A stretch of 64,000 bases of DNA, taken from the human T2T-CHM13v2.0 reference genome, Homo sapiens. Below, one piece after another: positions 39,561-56,682 of the stretch. The DNA lies in the NCBI RefSeq assembly GCF_009914755.1, contig NC_060930.1; one strand, written 5' to 3'. Position 1 is the stretch's first letter; every line of letters starts with the position of its first letter. The translations under genes and the position numbers were made by a program. Under the pieces are notes generated by a model, which saw only the letters and a list, made by a program, of their open reading frames with translations, was not told the DNA's origin and ran no database searches.

Positions 39561-41554
39561 ATTATCTGGAAGAAGAGGTAATGCAGCGTAATTAGAGAGT
39601 GGAGAAAGTAGTAAATTATCCTGCTTGTAGGAAATCGACCAAGTTCATCATTTAGTTGCAGCTTAATCAGTTTTGAATACCATTAGTTTAAATATTCACA
39701 AATTTTTATAATATGAAAACTTTAAGTTCTCTAAATTGTTAATGTTCTCTAAGCCTGTTGTTCATTACTAATGAAAAACATGTTCCCTAGGAAGAAAATT
39801 AACTTTGTTATTTGTGGCAAAGCCTATAACACAGGAAGTGTATAGATAATTTATATGTAATTAAAATATATTTCTTTCACATCTTACTCTCAAGTTTCAT
39901 CCTACCAAGCCAGCTGCTAGTTAAAAATAACAATGGTTAAATCATAATTTATTTCATTTTCTCTTCTGTGATCTGTAGGTATGGTAGTAATAATTGAAAT
40001 GAACACATTAGTCTGGAATCTTCAAACCATGTAACTAATCTCTGATTTTTTAAAGGCTTCTTTTTTGTGAAAGATGTTTTGTTCATTTTTTTAAAAAATG
40101 CAAAAGGTAAATTTAAGTCTGTTTCTATAGTGTGAAAGTTTCTCAGTGGAGAATTTTGAAGGTAATTGTAAGTGAAAATGGGATTATAACATAAATTATC
40201 TTGAGACTATAATGAGATGAAAGTGTTTTATACCACAAAAGCTACGGAATAACATTCATTTCAGCATGACCAGCATGTCAGGCACTCTCAAGGTAATGAA
40301 TGCATTCCAGAAGATTGTCTGTATTTTTTCCACACTTTAAATAGCAGGAAGATGTTTGAAACAATTTACTGTGGCATCAAAGGCATTGTGATGGGCGTTA
40401 CCCTCACAATTCTGAGGCAGAATTTAGCTTTGGCAAAGAGTGAGTATTTTAATGAATACTAGCTTACATTTTTCTTGGCATTAGGTTTATATAGGGCCAC
40501 ATTTCTTCCTCTTAGGAAAAAGATACAAAAATGCAAAGAATGACTATAATGGTTAACCAAAATGAATGTCCATTGCTGTTAGGTATTATAAAGAACACCA
40601 GGTAGCATTTTGTGAAAGATTTAGTGACTTGTTGGTACCCTGTGGTTGTTGTTTAAGTGAAATAAACCATTTTTGAAGATGTGAATGGATTTTTCTGAGG
40701 ATTTTATTATTTGCAACAAGGAAAAATTCAGAATCATATGTTGGCAAAAGTTAATGAAAGTAGTCAGTAGTTTGACTTGCTGCTATTCTGATATGTGCCA
40801 TTTGTGCACAAGAAGAGTTACTGATGTTTAAGTGCTAAATAATTGAGTTTCCTAAGATGAAACCCAGGGAAACCTGGTTGACTCCACAATTTCACCTGGA
40901 ATTATGTTTGTGTGATGCATAGGTAGATTAAGGAAACAAACTAAGTTGGACAAATTCAGTTTATGTAAAGCTTTGATAATAAACTTTAGAAAGCAATTGA
41001 TGCAGAGAGACTGAGTTGTCTTTACTTTTATGAGAAAATTGAAGCATATATCTTAGTTTTTTAGAGAAGCAAATGTCTCTCAATACATGCCATATGGGGA
41101 TAAGGGGCAAATTTTTTTCCAAGATTATGGAATTAATTGTACAAAAATCTCTTAACATTTGTGAGAATTGTTATTGCCTTTCTGTGAAGTATCCTCCTTC
41201 CACAGTCTTCTTACGTTCAGCCCTATCGTATGCTGATTTTTGGTATCACTTTTCAAATTAGTTGAAGCTGTAATTTTAAGACATAGTTTTAATTATTCTT
41301 AATAATTTATTTGAGAGTTTTTTGTGAGTCCAAGTTACACAGGAACCTAGTTCTAAAATAGAAGTAAGAATATGTTTTGCTATCAGGATGAAAATTATGG
41401 TATTTTAGTCCACATTGAGTACATATAATTCAAAGGATATAAATATAATTTGAAGCATATTCACATTTTATCAGGGGTGCAATGAGGTATGTGGTGTACA
41501 ATTATTATGTTGTAGCACCTCCCTCAGATAGGAAAAACATAAACAAACCAAATA

Positions 41555-41880
41555 ATCAGATATTTTCTTGGGCACCTTCTGTGTGCCTTGACTGTATTAG
41601 GTGTCATTGGAAAAGAAATTATCATTGAGATGTAGTTTCCTCTCTATGAGCTTCTGAGGTAGTAGGGTCAAGTCATTTTTTGTAGGAAATTTGAAAGATT
41701 CAGAAAATTTTAACCATCAGATAGAACAAATATCAAATGGCTAAGCAAAGATGTAAATGTCTGGGGCATATTAGAAAATAATGAGCAGAGCAGTTTGGCA
41801 AGAGAAAGGCTTTTGTAGAGGGCATGAGACTGGGGCATAGGGCTGGGTTTCCTGCGGAAGACTTTGACTAGCAGACAGAA
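41555..41880 (-). mobile_element. L2 fragment
   Basis: gatattttcttgggcaccttctgtgtgcc..gagcagagcagtttggc. Confidence 0.45.
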
Positions 41881-44138
41881 GGGTCCTTAGTTCTCTAGTA
41901 ATTAGAGTAGTGGGTCCTTAATTCTCTAGTAATTTTTGAAATTAAATCAAAAATTTTTGAGTAGGGTAGTGACATAATCAATTTTTTTAGACAGATACAA
42001 TTTTCCATAGTGTTCAAGACAAATTTGATTTAGAAAAATATTCAGGGCATTAAGACCATGTGGAATTTTCTGCAATAATCTTGGTAACAGTAGCAAGGAT
42101 CTAGTCGTGGTAGGAGAATGGAGAAGCGAATGCTGACCACGGCGGTCCTGGGAAATTTGACTATGGAAAGCTGGGGATCACAAAGGCTATAACATCTTTT
42201 CTTTTTATGTCAAGAATTTGTCTTTTACTTTAATAAACATATATCTATAAAAATTTTACACCCAAATGAAATTTTACTCCTTGTGAAATAAATTGAATTC
42301 TCTTGTTTGTGCATAAAACTTAAAAAGGAAAATAGAAAAAAGGTGCTATCACTTAGCAATTTAACCTGTTTATTGTTGAGTATCCAGCAAAGAACAATAA
42401 AAGTGCTAGTAATGAGGATAATTAATCTAATGAATGTGTTTTTGTGCCATTATGTCTATTGGTTTAAATAAAAGTTATTGAGGTAGTGTTGATGGCTTGT
42501 TTACTTAGTAATTTCTCAATATTTATGATTTTCTTCCTCAATATGAACATCGTGACACATACGCTATTAATAAAAATTTCAAGCACAGATGGAGGTGAGG
42601 AGCATTTCTCAGTTTGTATTGAACAGTTGGAGAATTATCAAGAAGAGTAAATAAAATAAAGCTCTACTTTTTATTAAAGAAGGTTTGCCAATGAAGTAAA
42701 AACTTACGGAAAAGGAAGTTCAGGGTTTTTTTAATCGTTGTGAACCAATAAGATGTAAATGCCATCCATATTAAATCCAAAATACACATTGTGTTTCCCT
42801 GTAATTTCTTCTCTGAACTCTGTTTATATCTTTTGGCTCATATGTGGATTAGTATTTGCTGTCTAGAATGGCAAGCCTTGATTATTAGCAAATAATATTA
42901 TTTCTCAAATTACACCTTGACATTTATTCTGATGTATTTACCCCCAGTCAATCTATTTCATAATAAAAACTTGGCAAAGGCATCACAAACAGTTGGAGCT
43001 TTTGAAAAGTACATTGCAATAAAAATATGAGACCATGTTTTTCCAACAATTCTCAGGTTTCAAATAGAAAGTAAGCTGAGTGTAAATTAAAATAGATAGT
43101 ATTTAATTACTGAAAGCACAGTAAACATTTGTGTGAATATATAATATGATTATAGTGGTAGATCTTTAGAATGATATTGGCTATGTGGCACATTTTCCAT
43201 TACACCATTTAATCTCATTTTATCTTTGAAAAGAGCAAGCACATGTTAATAAGGTGTCAGCCCACTATCCTCTTACTTCTCTTCCCTGCGTTTTAGCCTC
43301 CATGTTGCTGCCTGAATTTAAGGCAGAATTTACCTTTACAACATTGTACTAGTTTCATGATATAATCAACACCTCTGAAACTAAGGCTTGTCTTACTACC
43401 TGACTTTGAGTTGACTTGCTACATGTGCGAGATCTAACTGCTACCGCCTTTCTCAGTTAATTTTTCTGAACTTGCTACTTTGTGCACTCAGCAACAGCTG
43501 AAAGATCATTTATGTTTATCTACTCTCATTCTGCTCCTCTTGATAAGTTCAGTTCGTTGGCTTGTGTATCCTGGATATAACTGTGGAACTTTATGGACTG
43601 ATGGTGCCATTTCCTTATTTTCTGTTTTTGCTAAATCAGTAAAAATAATAATGAAATTCCTAGACTCTAAGATATTGTTATCTTTGGTTTAGAATCTTGC
43701 TGTGAAATATATGCAACAATTTATTATATGCCTGCACTAATATATATTGATTCATTCTAAAAAAGCTACTATGACTAGTGCCATAATCATAGTTTTTGTC
43801 TATGCCTTCTTTCATAATGCATACCAGATTCATTATTTATGAGGCTTAATAGTTTGGAAGATTATGAAAATATCTTCTTAGCTTAATATATGAAGTATTG
43901 ATAGTGATTTCTGACAGACTAATACTTTGAGGTCTTATGTAGTACATAAGCTTCCTCTGCAATGACCCTCCCACAAATCAGAATGAAGACATTAAATTTT
44001 CATTTGGTGTGGTCATCAGAAACTGAAATCTGCAAGATTCTTGATTTGAGATTCAAAACCTAGTATGTGGATGATGGAGAAAATTTCAAAGTGCTATTAA
44101 AATGAGACAATCTGATAGGTTGGCCTGAACCCTTATCT

Positions 44139-44218
44139 AGTGTGGTCAACCATTCTAGTTTGCCTGGCACTGGGGCTTCCAGGACCTGGAATTTCAGTGC
44201 TAAAATTGGGAAAGTGTA
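44139..44218. mobile_element. MER94-like (hAT-Blackjack) fragment
   Basis: tagtttgcctggcactgggg..ggaatttcagtgctaaaattgggaaagt. Confidence 0.55.
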
Positions 44219-44454
44219 ATTGAAAAGTGCGGGAGTGTCATTTAGTTTTTTTCCTCTCTGCCATGTTTTTGCTGTAGCCCAGAAATAAGGTGTAAAGCCT
44301 TAATTAGGATTCAAATTAAGTATTTTTTGTGAGATTTAGTAATGCTGTCTACTTTACACCTCATTTTAAAATTATATCTCAAACTGTCTTATTGAAACAT
44401 TCATAGGCTACTTTATAATATTTTCTGAGTTATACATTTATAATTTTTATAATA

Positions 44455-44827
44455 CAGTTATGTCTTGCTTAATGACAGGTATGCTTGCTGAGAAATGCCT
44501 AGTTAAGCGACTTCCTCATTGTGCAAACATCATAGAATGTACCTACACAGAGCTAGATAGTATAGCCTGCTAAACACCTAGGCTGTGTGGTATAGCTTAT
44601 TGCTCCTAGGCTACAAACCTGTACAGCATGTTTCTGTACGGAATACTGTAGGCAATTATAACATAATGGTATTTGTGTGTCTAAAAATATCCAAACATTT
44701 AAAAGGTATAGTAAAAAAATGGTATAAAAGATAAATATGGGTATGCCTGTATAGGGTAGCTCCATTATCTAATGGGCTCACCATTGTATATGTCTGTCAT
44801 TGACCAAAACATTGTTGTGCATGACTG
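44455..44827 (+). mobile_element. Tigger3a/MER7-type MITE
   Basis: cagttatg..cctattgctcctaggctacaaacctgtacagcatg-like core..gcatgactg; TA flanks. Confidence 0.9.
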
Positions 44828-44932
44828 TATATTAGTATCATCTCTAACATATGGACAAAGAAAAAATTCCATAATATATAAAAGAAGTCAAATTATGGTT
44901 CTAAAACCAAAATTCGCTCCTTTTTTGTTGCA

Positions 44933-45002
44933 TTCCCTCCCTCTCTCTGTCCCTCCCTCCCTTCCTTCCCTTCCCTTTCCTTCCTTCCTTTTTTTTTTTT
45001 TT
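44933..45002. repeat. (CCTT)-type pyrimidine low-complexity tract plus poly-T
   Basis: Read directly. Confidence 0.85.
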
Positions 45003-45312
45003 CAGTACTGAGGTTATCAATTGTCTGTTCTATGAAAGTTACTCATGTAAAGTCTTTAGGATAAAAGGATCATTCCATCCAGGAATAAAAATGTCTAAGT
45101 GGATTCTTGACTTAAATTTATTTTAAAATGCTTTCTTTTTGTTACAATACTATATTAAGTGTTGGAATATATCAGTTCTATATTGTATTTTTTAGATTTA
45201 GTCAAACCAAAGACCCTGATACAGCAAGAATAAAAATATATCATGTTCAACAAAAGCCAATTTTTGACCTGAGTCACCTATGATGTGGATGGCAGTATAC
45301 AAAGGGTTTATA

Positions 45313-47747
45313 TTTTTTTAATTTTATTTTCTGGTTGATAAAAAATAATCATACATATTCACATGGTTCACAGTGATATTTTCACACATAAAACATATAG
45401 TAATTAAATTAGGATAATTAGCATATCCATTATCTTGAACGTTTATCATTTCTCTGTGTTGGGAACATTCCATATCCTCTTTTGAGCTATTTAAAACTAA
45501 TAATACATTACTGTTAACTATAGTCAGACTACAATGCTGTAGAACACTAACTTATTCTTACTATCTAGCTGTAATTTTTTATCCTTCAATAAATATCTGC
45601 CTATCTCTCCTTTCCCCATACCCTTCTCAGTCTTTAATATCTTCTGTTGTACTTTTTACTTCTAGAAGATCAATTTTTTTTAGCTTTCACATATAAGTGA
45701 AAACATGCAGTATTTAATTTTTTACTACTGGTTTATTTCACTTAACATAACATTCTCCAGTTCTAGCCATGTTGCTGTGAATTATAGGATTTCATTATTT
45801 CGTATTACTGAATAATTTGTATTCCCTTACGTATATATACCACATTTTCTTTATTCGTTCAGCTGTTGCTGGACACCTAGGTTGATTCCATATCTTGGTT
45901 ATTGTGAATAGTGCTGCAATAAACATTGGGGCACAGATGTCTCTTTGATATAATGATTTCCTTTTGATCATTCTCAGTAGTGAGATTGCTGGATCATATG
46001 TTAATTCTATTTGTAGTTTTTGAGGAACCTTCATACTGTTCTCCATAGTGGTTGTACTATGTATTCCCACCAACAGCCTTTAAAGGCTCTCTTTCTTCCA
46101 CATCCTCGCCAGCATTAATTATTTTTTTCTTTGATAATAGCCATTCTAACTGGAGTAAGATGATATGTCAGTGTGGTTTTGATTTTCCCTTCTCTGATGA
46201 CTTGATTTTCATATAGCTGTTGGCCATTTTTATGTCTGTTTTTTGAGAAAGGTCTATTCAGATCATTTGCCTATTTTTATTCCTTTTTTTTTTCAGTTGA
46301 GATGTTTGAGTTCCTTGTCTGTTCTGGATGGATATTAATCCTCTGTAGGATGAGTAGTTTGCAAATATTTTCTTCCACTTTTTAGGTTTTCTTTTCACTC
46401 TGTTGATTATTTCCTTTGCTGTGCAGAGCTTCTTAGTTTGATATAATCCCGTTGTTTTTGTTTTTGCTTTTGTTGCCTGTGTTTTCGAGGTCTTATTAAT
46501 AAAATGTTTTCCCAGACTAATATCCTGAAGTGTTTCCTCTATGTCTTCTTTTAGTAATTTTACCATTTTGGATTTCACATTTAGTCCTTTGATCCATTTT
46601 GAGTTGATTTTTGTATAGGTTGAGAGGTGGAAGTCCAGTTTAATTCTTCAGCATGTGACTATCCAGTTCTCCCAGTACCATTTATTTAAGAGATTTCCTT
46701 TTGTAAATGAGTATTCTTGGCACCTTTGTCAAACATTAGTTGGCTGTAGATAAGCTGATTAATTTTTGGATTCTCTATTCTGTTCCATTCATCTATGTGT
46801 CTGTTTTTATGCCAGTACCATGTTGTTTTGGTTACAACACATTTGTAGTATGTTTTGAGGTCTAGTAGTGTGATACCTCCAACTTTGTTATTTTTGTTCA
46901 GGATTGCTTTGGTTATTTGGGGTCTTTCGTGGTTCCATTCATGTTTTAGAATTGTTTTCTGCATCTGTGAAGGATGTCATGGGTATTTTGATAGGAATTG
47001 TGTTGACTCTCTAGATGAATTTGAGTGTATTGTCATTTTAATAATATTAATTCTTTCAATCCATGAGTATAGAATGTCCTCCTATTTTTTGTATTCTGTT
47101 CAGTTTCTTTCATTAGTGTTTTGTAGTTTTCCACGTAGAGTTCTTTCACCTCCTTGGTTAAATGTATTGCTAGATATATTATTTTTTGGAGGTAGCTATT
47201 CTAAATGGGATTACCTTCTGGATTTCTTTTTCAGCTAGTACATTGTTCATGTATAGAAACACTACTGATTTTTGTATGTCAATTTTGTATCCTGCAACTT
47301 TACTGAATTTGTTTCTCAGTTCTAAGAGGTTTTTGGTAAAGTTTTTAGGTTTTATTATATATAAGATCATGACATCTGCAAGATGTTCAACATATGCAAA
47401 TTAATAAACATCATACATCACATCTATAGAATGAAGGACAAAAATCATATGATAATCTCAATAGATGGAGAATAAGGTTTTGATAAGCTTCAATATCTCT
47501 TTATGATAAAACACTTAATAAATTAGGTATGGATAAAAATACTTCAACACCGTAAAGGCCATGTATGACAAATCCACAGGTAACATCTTATTGAATGGAG
47601 AAAAGCTCAAAGCTTTTCTTCTAAGAACTGGAACAAAACAAGGATACTCACTCTCACAACTCTCATTCAAATAATACTGGAAGTCCTAGCCAGAGAAATT
47701 ATGCAAGAGAAAGAAATAAAGAATATCCAAATTATAAAGGAGTAAGT
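45313..47747 (-). mobile_element. L1MA (MA2-4-like), 5'-truncated, with inverted 5' segment (47377-47747)
   Basis: Minus-strand ORF2 C-terminal peptides (46258-46578, 46686-46964, 47179-47370) and L1MA 3' UTR, then a + strand RT segment after 47377. Confidence 0.9.
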
Positions 47748-47959
47748 ATTCACCTCTGACCTCTGAGGATTTGATGTGATCAGAACTAAAAATACAGATT
47801 TCTTGGATGCTAATAATATTAATTGTTTCCATAATTGGGGAGACTTCTCAGTATTTTTGCTTCACTTTAATTTACAAATTACAGTTTAAGGTGGTTTTCC
47901 ACCTGAAGTTAGGAAATATCATTGGTGATCTTCCTTATTGTAATTGGGATGCTTAAAAG

Positions 47960-48810
47960 ATAGCAGACTTTTCTCTAAAGAAGACATATAAGTGGCCAAG
48001 AGGTGTACAAAAATTATCATCATCACTAATTATTACAGAAATGCAAAAAAATTACAATAATATCACCTCACACCTGCCAGGATGGTTATTACCAAAGAAC
48101 AAAAGACGAGTGTTGGCAAGGACATGGAAAAATTGGAACCCTTGCCTTCTGCTTATGGGAATGCAAAATATAGCAGCCAGTGTAGAAAATAGTATGGAGA
48201 TTCACCAAAAGTTAAACATAGAACTTTGATGTGGTCTGGAAATCTCACTTCAGAGTGTTTATTCAAAATAATTAAAATCAGGATCCCAAAAACATATTGG
48301 CACTCCCATGTTTATTTCATTTCAGCACTATTAATAATAGCCAAGATGGAAAAACTACCTGCTCATTGACTGTTTAATGGATTAAAAATGTGATAGACAC
48401 ATAATGATATACTATTCAGCCTTAAAACGGAAAGAGACCTAGCAATATATTTCAACATGGTCGAATCTTGAGGACATTAAGCTAAGTGAAAATAGCCAGG
48501 GACAGAAAGACAAAAACTGCATTGTTCCACTTACATGGGGTATCTAAAATAGTCAAATTCACAGAATCAAAAAGTAGCACAATAGTGCTTGCCAAGGGCT
48601 TGGGGCAAAGGAAATGGGGAGTTGAGTTACTTATCTAAAGGCATAAAGTTTCAGTTAAGTAAGATAATTAAGCTCTAATAATCTGATGTACAAACATTAT
48701 GTCTGTAGTAAGCCATAATGTTTTGTACATTTGTACATCATGTTTTGTACATTTGTAAATTTGTGAAAAGGATAGATCTCATGTTGTGATTTACTACAGT
48801 AATAAAGATT
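47960..48810 (+). mobile_element. L1MB1/2-like 3' fragment
   Basis: tctctaaagaagacatataagtggcc..aaattggaaccctt..gaggacattaagctaagtgaa..ggcataaagtttcagttaag..gatagatctcatgtt. Confidence 0.85.
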
Positions 48811-49599
48811 ACGAACGTTAAAACTCTTTTATTTACTAATATAGTAGGAAAATATTTATATTTTTCTTTTTATATAAGTATGATTTACTAGTCTTTTAGA
48901 TGGGATATAAATATCTGTCTATGCCAACCAATCCAAAGTTTTTTATTCTTTATTTTAAAAGCATTTTTCAGCATAGTGTAGGTGTTTTCAAAAATTTGTT
49001 CTATATGCCTAGTCTAACTATATATCTAATCTAAACTATTGGCTTAGAAAATTGAAGTTAATAGGTCAACTAGGGCCTTTGTAGGAGCTAAATGGCTCAG
49101 AACCTAACCAGTAGACTGTGGCGTCATTTCCTCTTAACACCAAAACAGTCTCTTTATTGAAAAAGATCAGTCACCAAGAAACATGTTATTTTTCTCACAC
49201 ATAGATGGCGCTGACCCATCACCATAAACACCTTTACTGAGTTTTCACCAATGAGTGGAATTTACTGAGTTTTCACCAATGTATCCATGTCTGGTCCCCA
49301 GATACTTTCTATTTCTAGAACTCTAACTGGGGTTTTGGGTGGAGTGAAGTCCTAAACAAGAAGCTGTTGTTATTGTGTATAACCAAGCATGTTAATATTT
49401 AGAAACGAAACATGTTGGCTGACCGGACTTTTCATATTTCAACTGAATAATTAGTTGGTATTGTGAGTGAAGACAATGGAGCCTGACTTGGACCCTTTTG
49501 CTTGCTCAACATCCCATGAACATAATCATTCTGAGCTACTGAGGATTTCATTGCATCACCTTCGCATCTGTTTTCCTTTTTTGAATGGAAGGGAAGAAA

Positions 49600-49830
49600 C
49601 CAAAATTTACTGACAATCTAGTATATGCTAATTATTGGGTTAGTCATAAATGATATATTATTTAATCCCCTCATCCCAGTGGAAATTGGATTATCTTTAT
49701 TTTACACAGCAAAAGGATGAAGGTCAGATATGTTATATGACTCTAGATCTCATAAGTAAGTCACCAAGTCAGCATGGTCTTGTGACTGATGCCTAGTTCA
49801 AAATTATTTAGGATTTAAGTCAAATGTTCT
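49600..49830 (-). mobile_element. MIR remnant
   Basis: atttactgac..tatttaatcccctca..ttattttacacag. Confidence 0.45.
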
Positions 49831-49863
49831 TTATATATAAACTTGTTATGAAATTAATAGTTA

Positions 49864-50205
<342 letters not shown>

Positions 50206-50339
50206 CTATCGTGGCTGCCACAGAGAAAGGTAAATATTATTTCTTTGGAAGGACAGAATACATATAGTAGCTCTCTTAAAAGATTGTCATACAATGAGTC
50301 ATGAGATTAACCAATGTTCTCTTTGGTTTTAAAAAATTA

Positions 50340-50660
50340 TTTATTAAATTAATTAATTAATTTGAGTAGGGGTATTGCTGTTGCCCAGGCTAGAGTACAG
50401 TAGCATCATCGTGGCTCACTGTGGCCTTCAACACGTGGGCTCAATTGATCCTCCCATGTCAGCCTCCCTAGTAGGTGGGATTACAGGTGTGTGCCAACAT
50501 GCCTGGCTGTTTTTTGTTGTTGTTGTTGTTGTTGTTAATTTTTGTAGAGATGGGGTCTTACTATGTTTTCTAAGCTGGCCTTGAACTCCTGGCTTCAGGC
50601 AATCCTCCCATCTCAGGCTCCCAAAGTGCTGGAACTACAGGCATGAGTCACTGTGCCTGG
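50340..50660 (-). mobile_element. AluJ
   Basis: gggctcaattgatcctccc; tttttgtagagatggggtct; gcaatcctccc; (TTG)n linker. Confidence 0.92.
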
Positions 50661-52076
50661 ATTTTCCTTTTGTATAGAACATACTGACTTGTGTAGGTGA
50701 AGATTTAGAAATATACAAAATATACTCCTTCTGTTGTTTATATTATTTAGTGAAAACCTATTATCTAGAATTGATATTTAAAAGTTATAAATATATTTTT
50801 ACAATTTTATTAAGGACTACATGAATTTGAAAACTTCAAGGCCCATGGAAATCATAGGAAAAAGTACATAATTTTGATAGGTTTAAGAGAATGCAGTTTT
50901 ATTAAAAAAAAACTTGGCTATTTTTGATGATTTGACAAAATTAATACAACACAGACACTTTACTACATCATTTATACTGGCTGCTTCTGAAGATCATCAG
51001 GACCACTCTCTTCAGAGACAAGAGGAAAAAAATCTGCTACTCATTATATGAAATTTGAAAACATCTGGATATTCCTTCCAGGGTTCTCTCTCACTTACCC
51101 AGTTTGACTCAATTACATCAGATATACCTACTTTTGCTCTCTAAGACCATGTTGGTAAAATTTCATGAGACATAATTATTTTTATATAAATTATCTAAAT
51201 AAGAAAGGTGCTTATTTCTTCAATTTGGCATACTGTAACTAAGTCTCTATAGTTTAGATTATAGGATCTTCTCAAATCTTTGCATTTAAGGTACTTGTCA
51301 TAAGCATTTGGTAAAGAAATCCCATGACAAAATTTATGGCGACCCGTAAAGAAGGACATTCAACAGAAGGATCAACATAAAAACAGAAGCAGAGGCCAGT
51401 GAACATGTAGGCACAGAGGCATGAAGACTTTAGGACTAAGGAAAATTTGAAGGTCAATATGCTGCAAGAGAAAAACAGTAGTTCTCGAGCCTTGACTTTC
51501 AGCTCCATCAGCTCCTTTAAGCACTTCTCTGTATTGGTTATTCTAGTTATATATTCATCTAAATTTTTTTCAAAGTTTTTAACTTCTTTGCCTTTGATTA
51601 GAATTTCCTCCTGAAGTTCGTACTTTGATCATCTGAAGCCTTCTTCTCTCAACTCGTCAAAGTCATTCTCCGTCCAGCTTTGTTCCATTGCTGGTGAGGA
51701 ACTGCGTTCCTTTGGAGGAGGAGAGGTGCTCTGCTTTTTAGAGTTTCCAGTTTTTCTGCTCTGTTTTTTCCCCATCTTTGTGGTTTTATCTACTTTTGGT
51801 CTGTTGATGGTGATGTACAGATGGGTTTTTGGTGTGGACGTCCTTTCTGTTTGTTAGTTTTCCTTCTAACAGACAGGACCCTCAGCTGCAGGTCTGTTGG
51901 AGTTTGCTAGAGGTCCACTCCAGACCTTGTTTGCCTGGGTATCAGCAGCGGTGTTTGCAGAACAGTGGTTTTTCGTGAACCGCGGATGCTGCTGTCTGAT
52001 CGTTCCTCTGGAAGTTTTGTCTCAGAGGAGTACCCGGCCATGTGAAGTGTCAGTCTGCCCCTACTGGGGGGTGCCT

Positions 52077-52802
52077 TGAGAACTATGTGAAGAATGCAGA
52101 AGCCTCAGGAGACGATGCGATCAACTGCAAGAAAGGGTATCAGTGATGGAAGATGAAGTGAATGAAATGAAGCGAGAAGGGAAGTTTAGAGAAAAAAGAA
52201 TAAAAAGAAATGAACAAAGCCTCCAAGAAATATGGGACTATATGAAAAGACCAAATCTATGTCTGATTGGTGTACCTGAAAGTGACGGGGAGAATGGAAC
52301 CAAGTTGGAAAACACTCTGCAGGATATTATCCAGGAGAATTTCCCCAATCTAGCAAGGCAGGCCAACATTCAGTTTCAGGAAATACAGAGAATGCCACAA
52401 AGATACTCCTCGAGAAGAGCAACTCCAGGACACATACTTGTCAGATTCACCAAAATTGAAATGAAGGAAACAATGTTAAGGGCAGCCAGAGAGAAAGGTC
52501 GGGTTACCCACAAAGGGAAGCCCATCAGACTAACAGTGGATCTCTCAGCAGAAACTCTACAAGCCAGAAGAGTGTGGGGGCCAATATTCAACATTCTTAA
52601 AGAAAAGAATTTTCAACCCAGAATTTCATATCCAGCCAAACTAAGCTTCATAAGTGAAGGAGAAATAAAACAGTTTACAGACAAGCAAATGCTGAGAGAT
52701 TTTGTCACCACCAGGCCTGCCCTAAAAGAGCTCCTGAAGGAAGCACTAAACATGGAAAGGAACAACCAGTACCAGCCGTTGCAAAATCATGCCAAAATGT
52801 AA
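52077..52802 (+). pseudogene. L1 ORF1p, C-terminal portion (N-terminus lies inverted at 51481-51775)
   Basis: ..REKRIKRNEQSLQEIWDY..PRISYPAKLSFISEGEIK..LQNHAKM. Confidence 0.93.
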
Positions 52803-52865
52803 AGACCATCGAGACTAGGAAGAAACTGCATCAACTAACAAGCGAAATAACCAGCTAACATCATA

Positions 52866-56682
<3,817 letters not shown>

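Noticed and set aside
43480-43692. 70-aa hydrophobic ORF with an upstream acceptor-like tract
   Set aside because: Non-ATG start, no recognisable homology, and the hydrophobicity follows from T-rich composition.
41881-49281. Repeat-spacer-repeat units resembling CRISPR
   Set aside because: Only two copies each, unrelated to one another, spacers of 7-8 nt, primate context and no cas genes.
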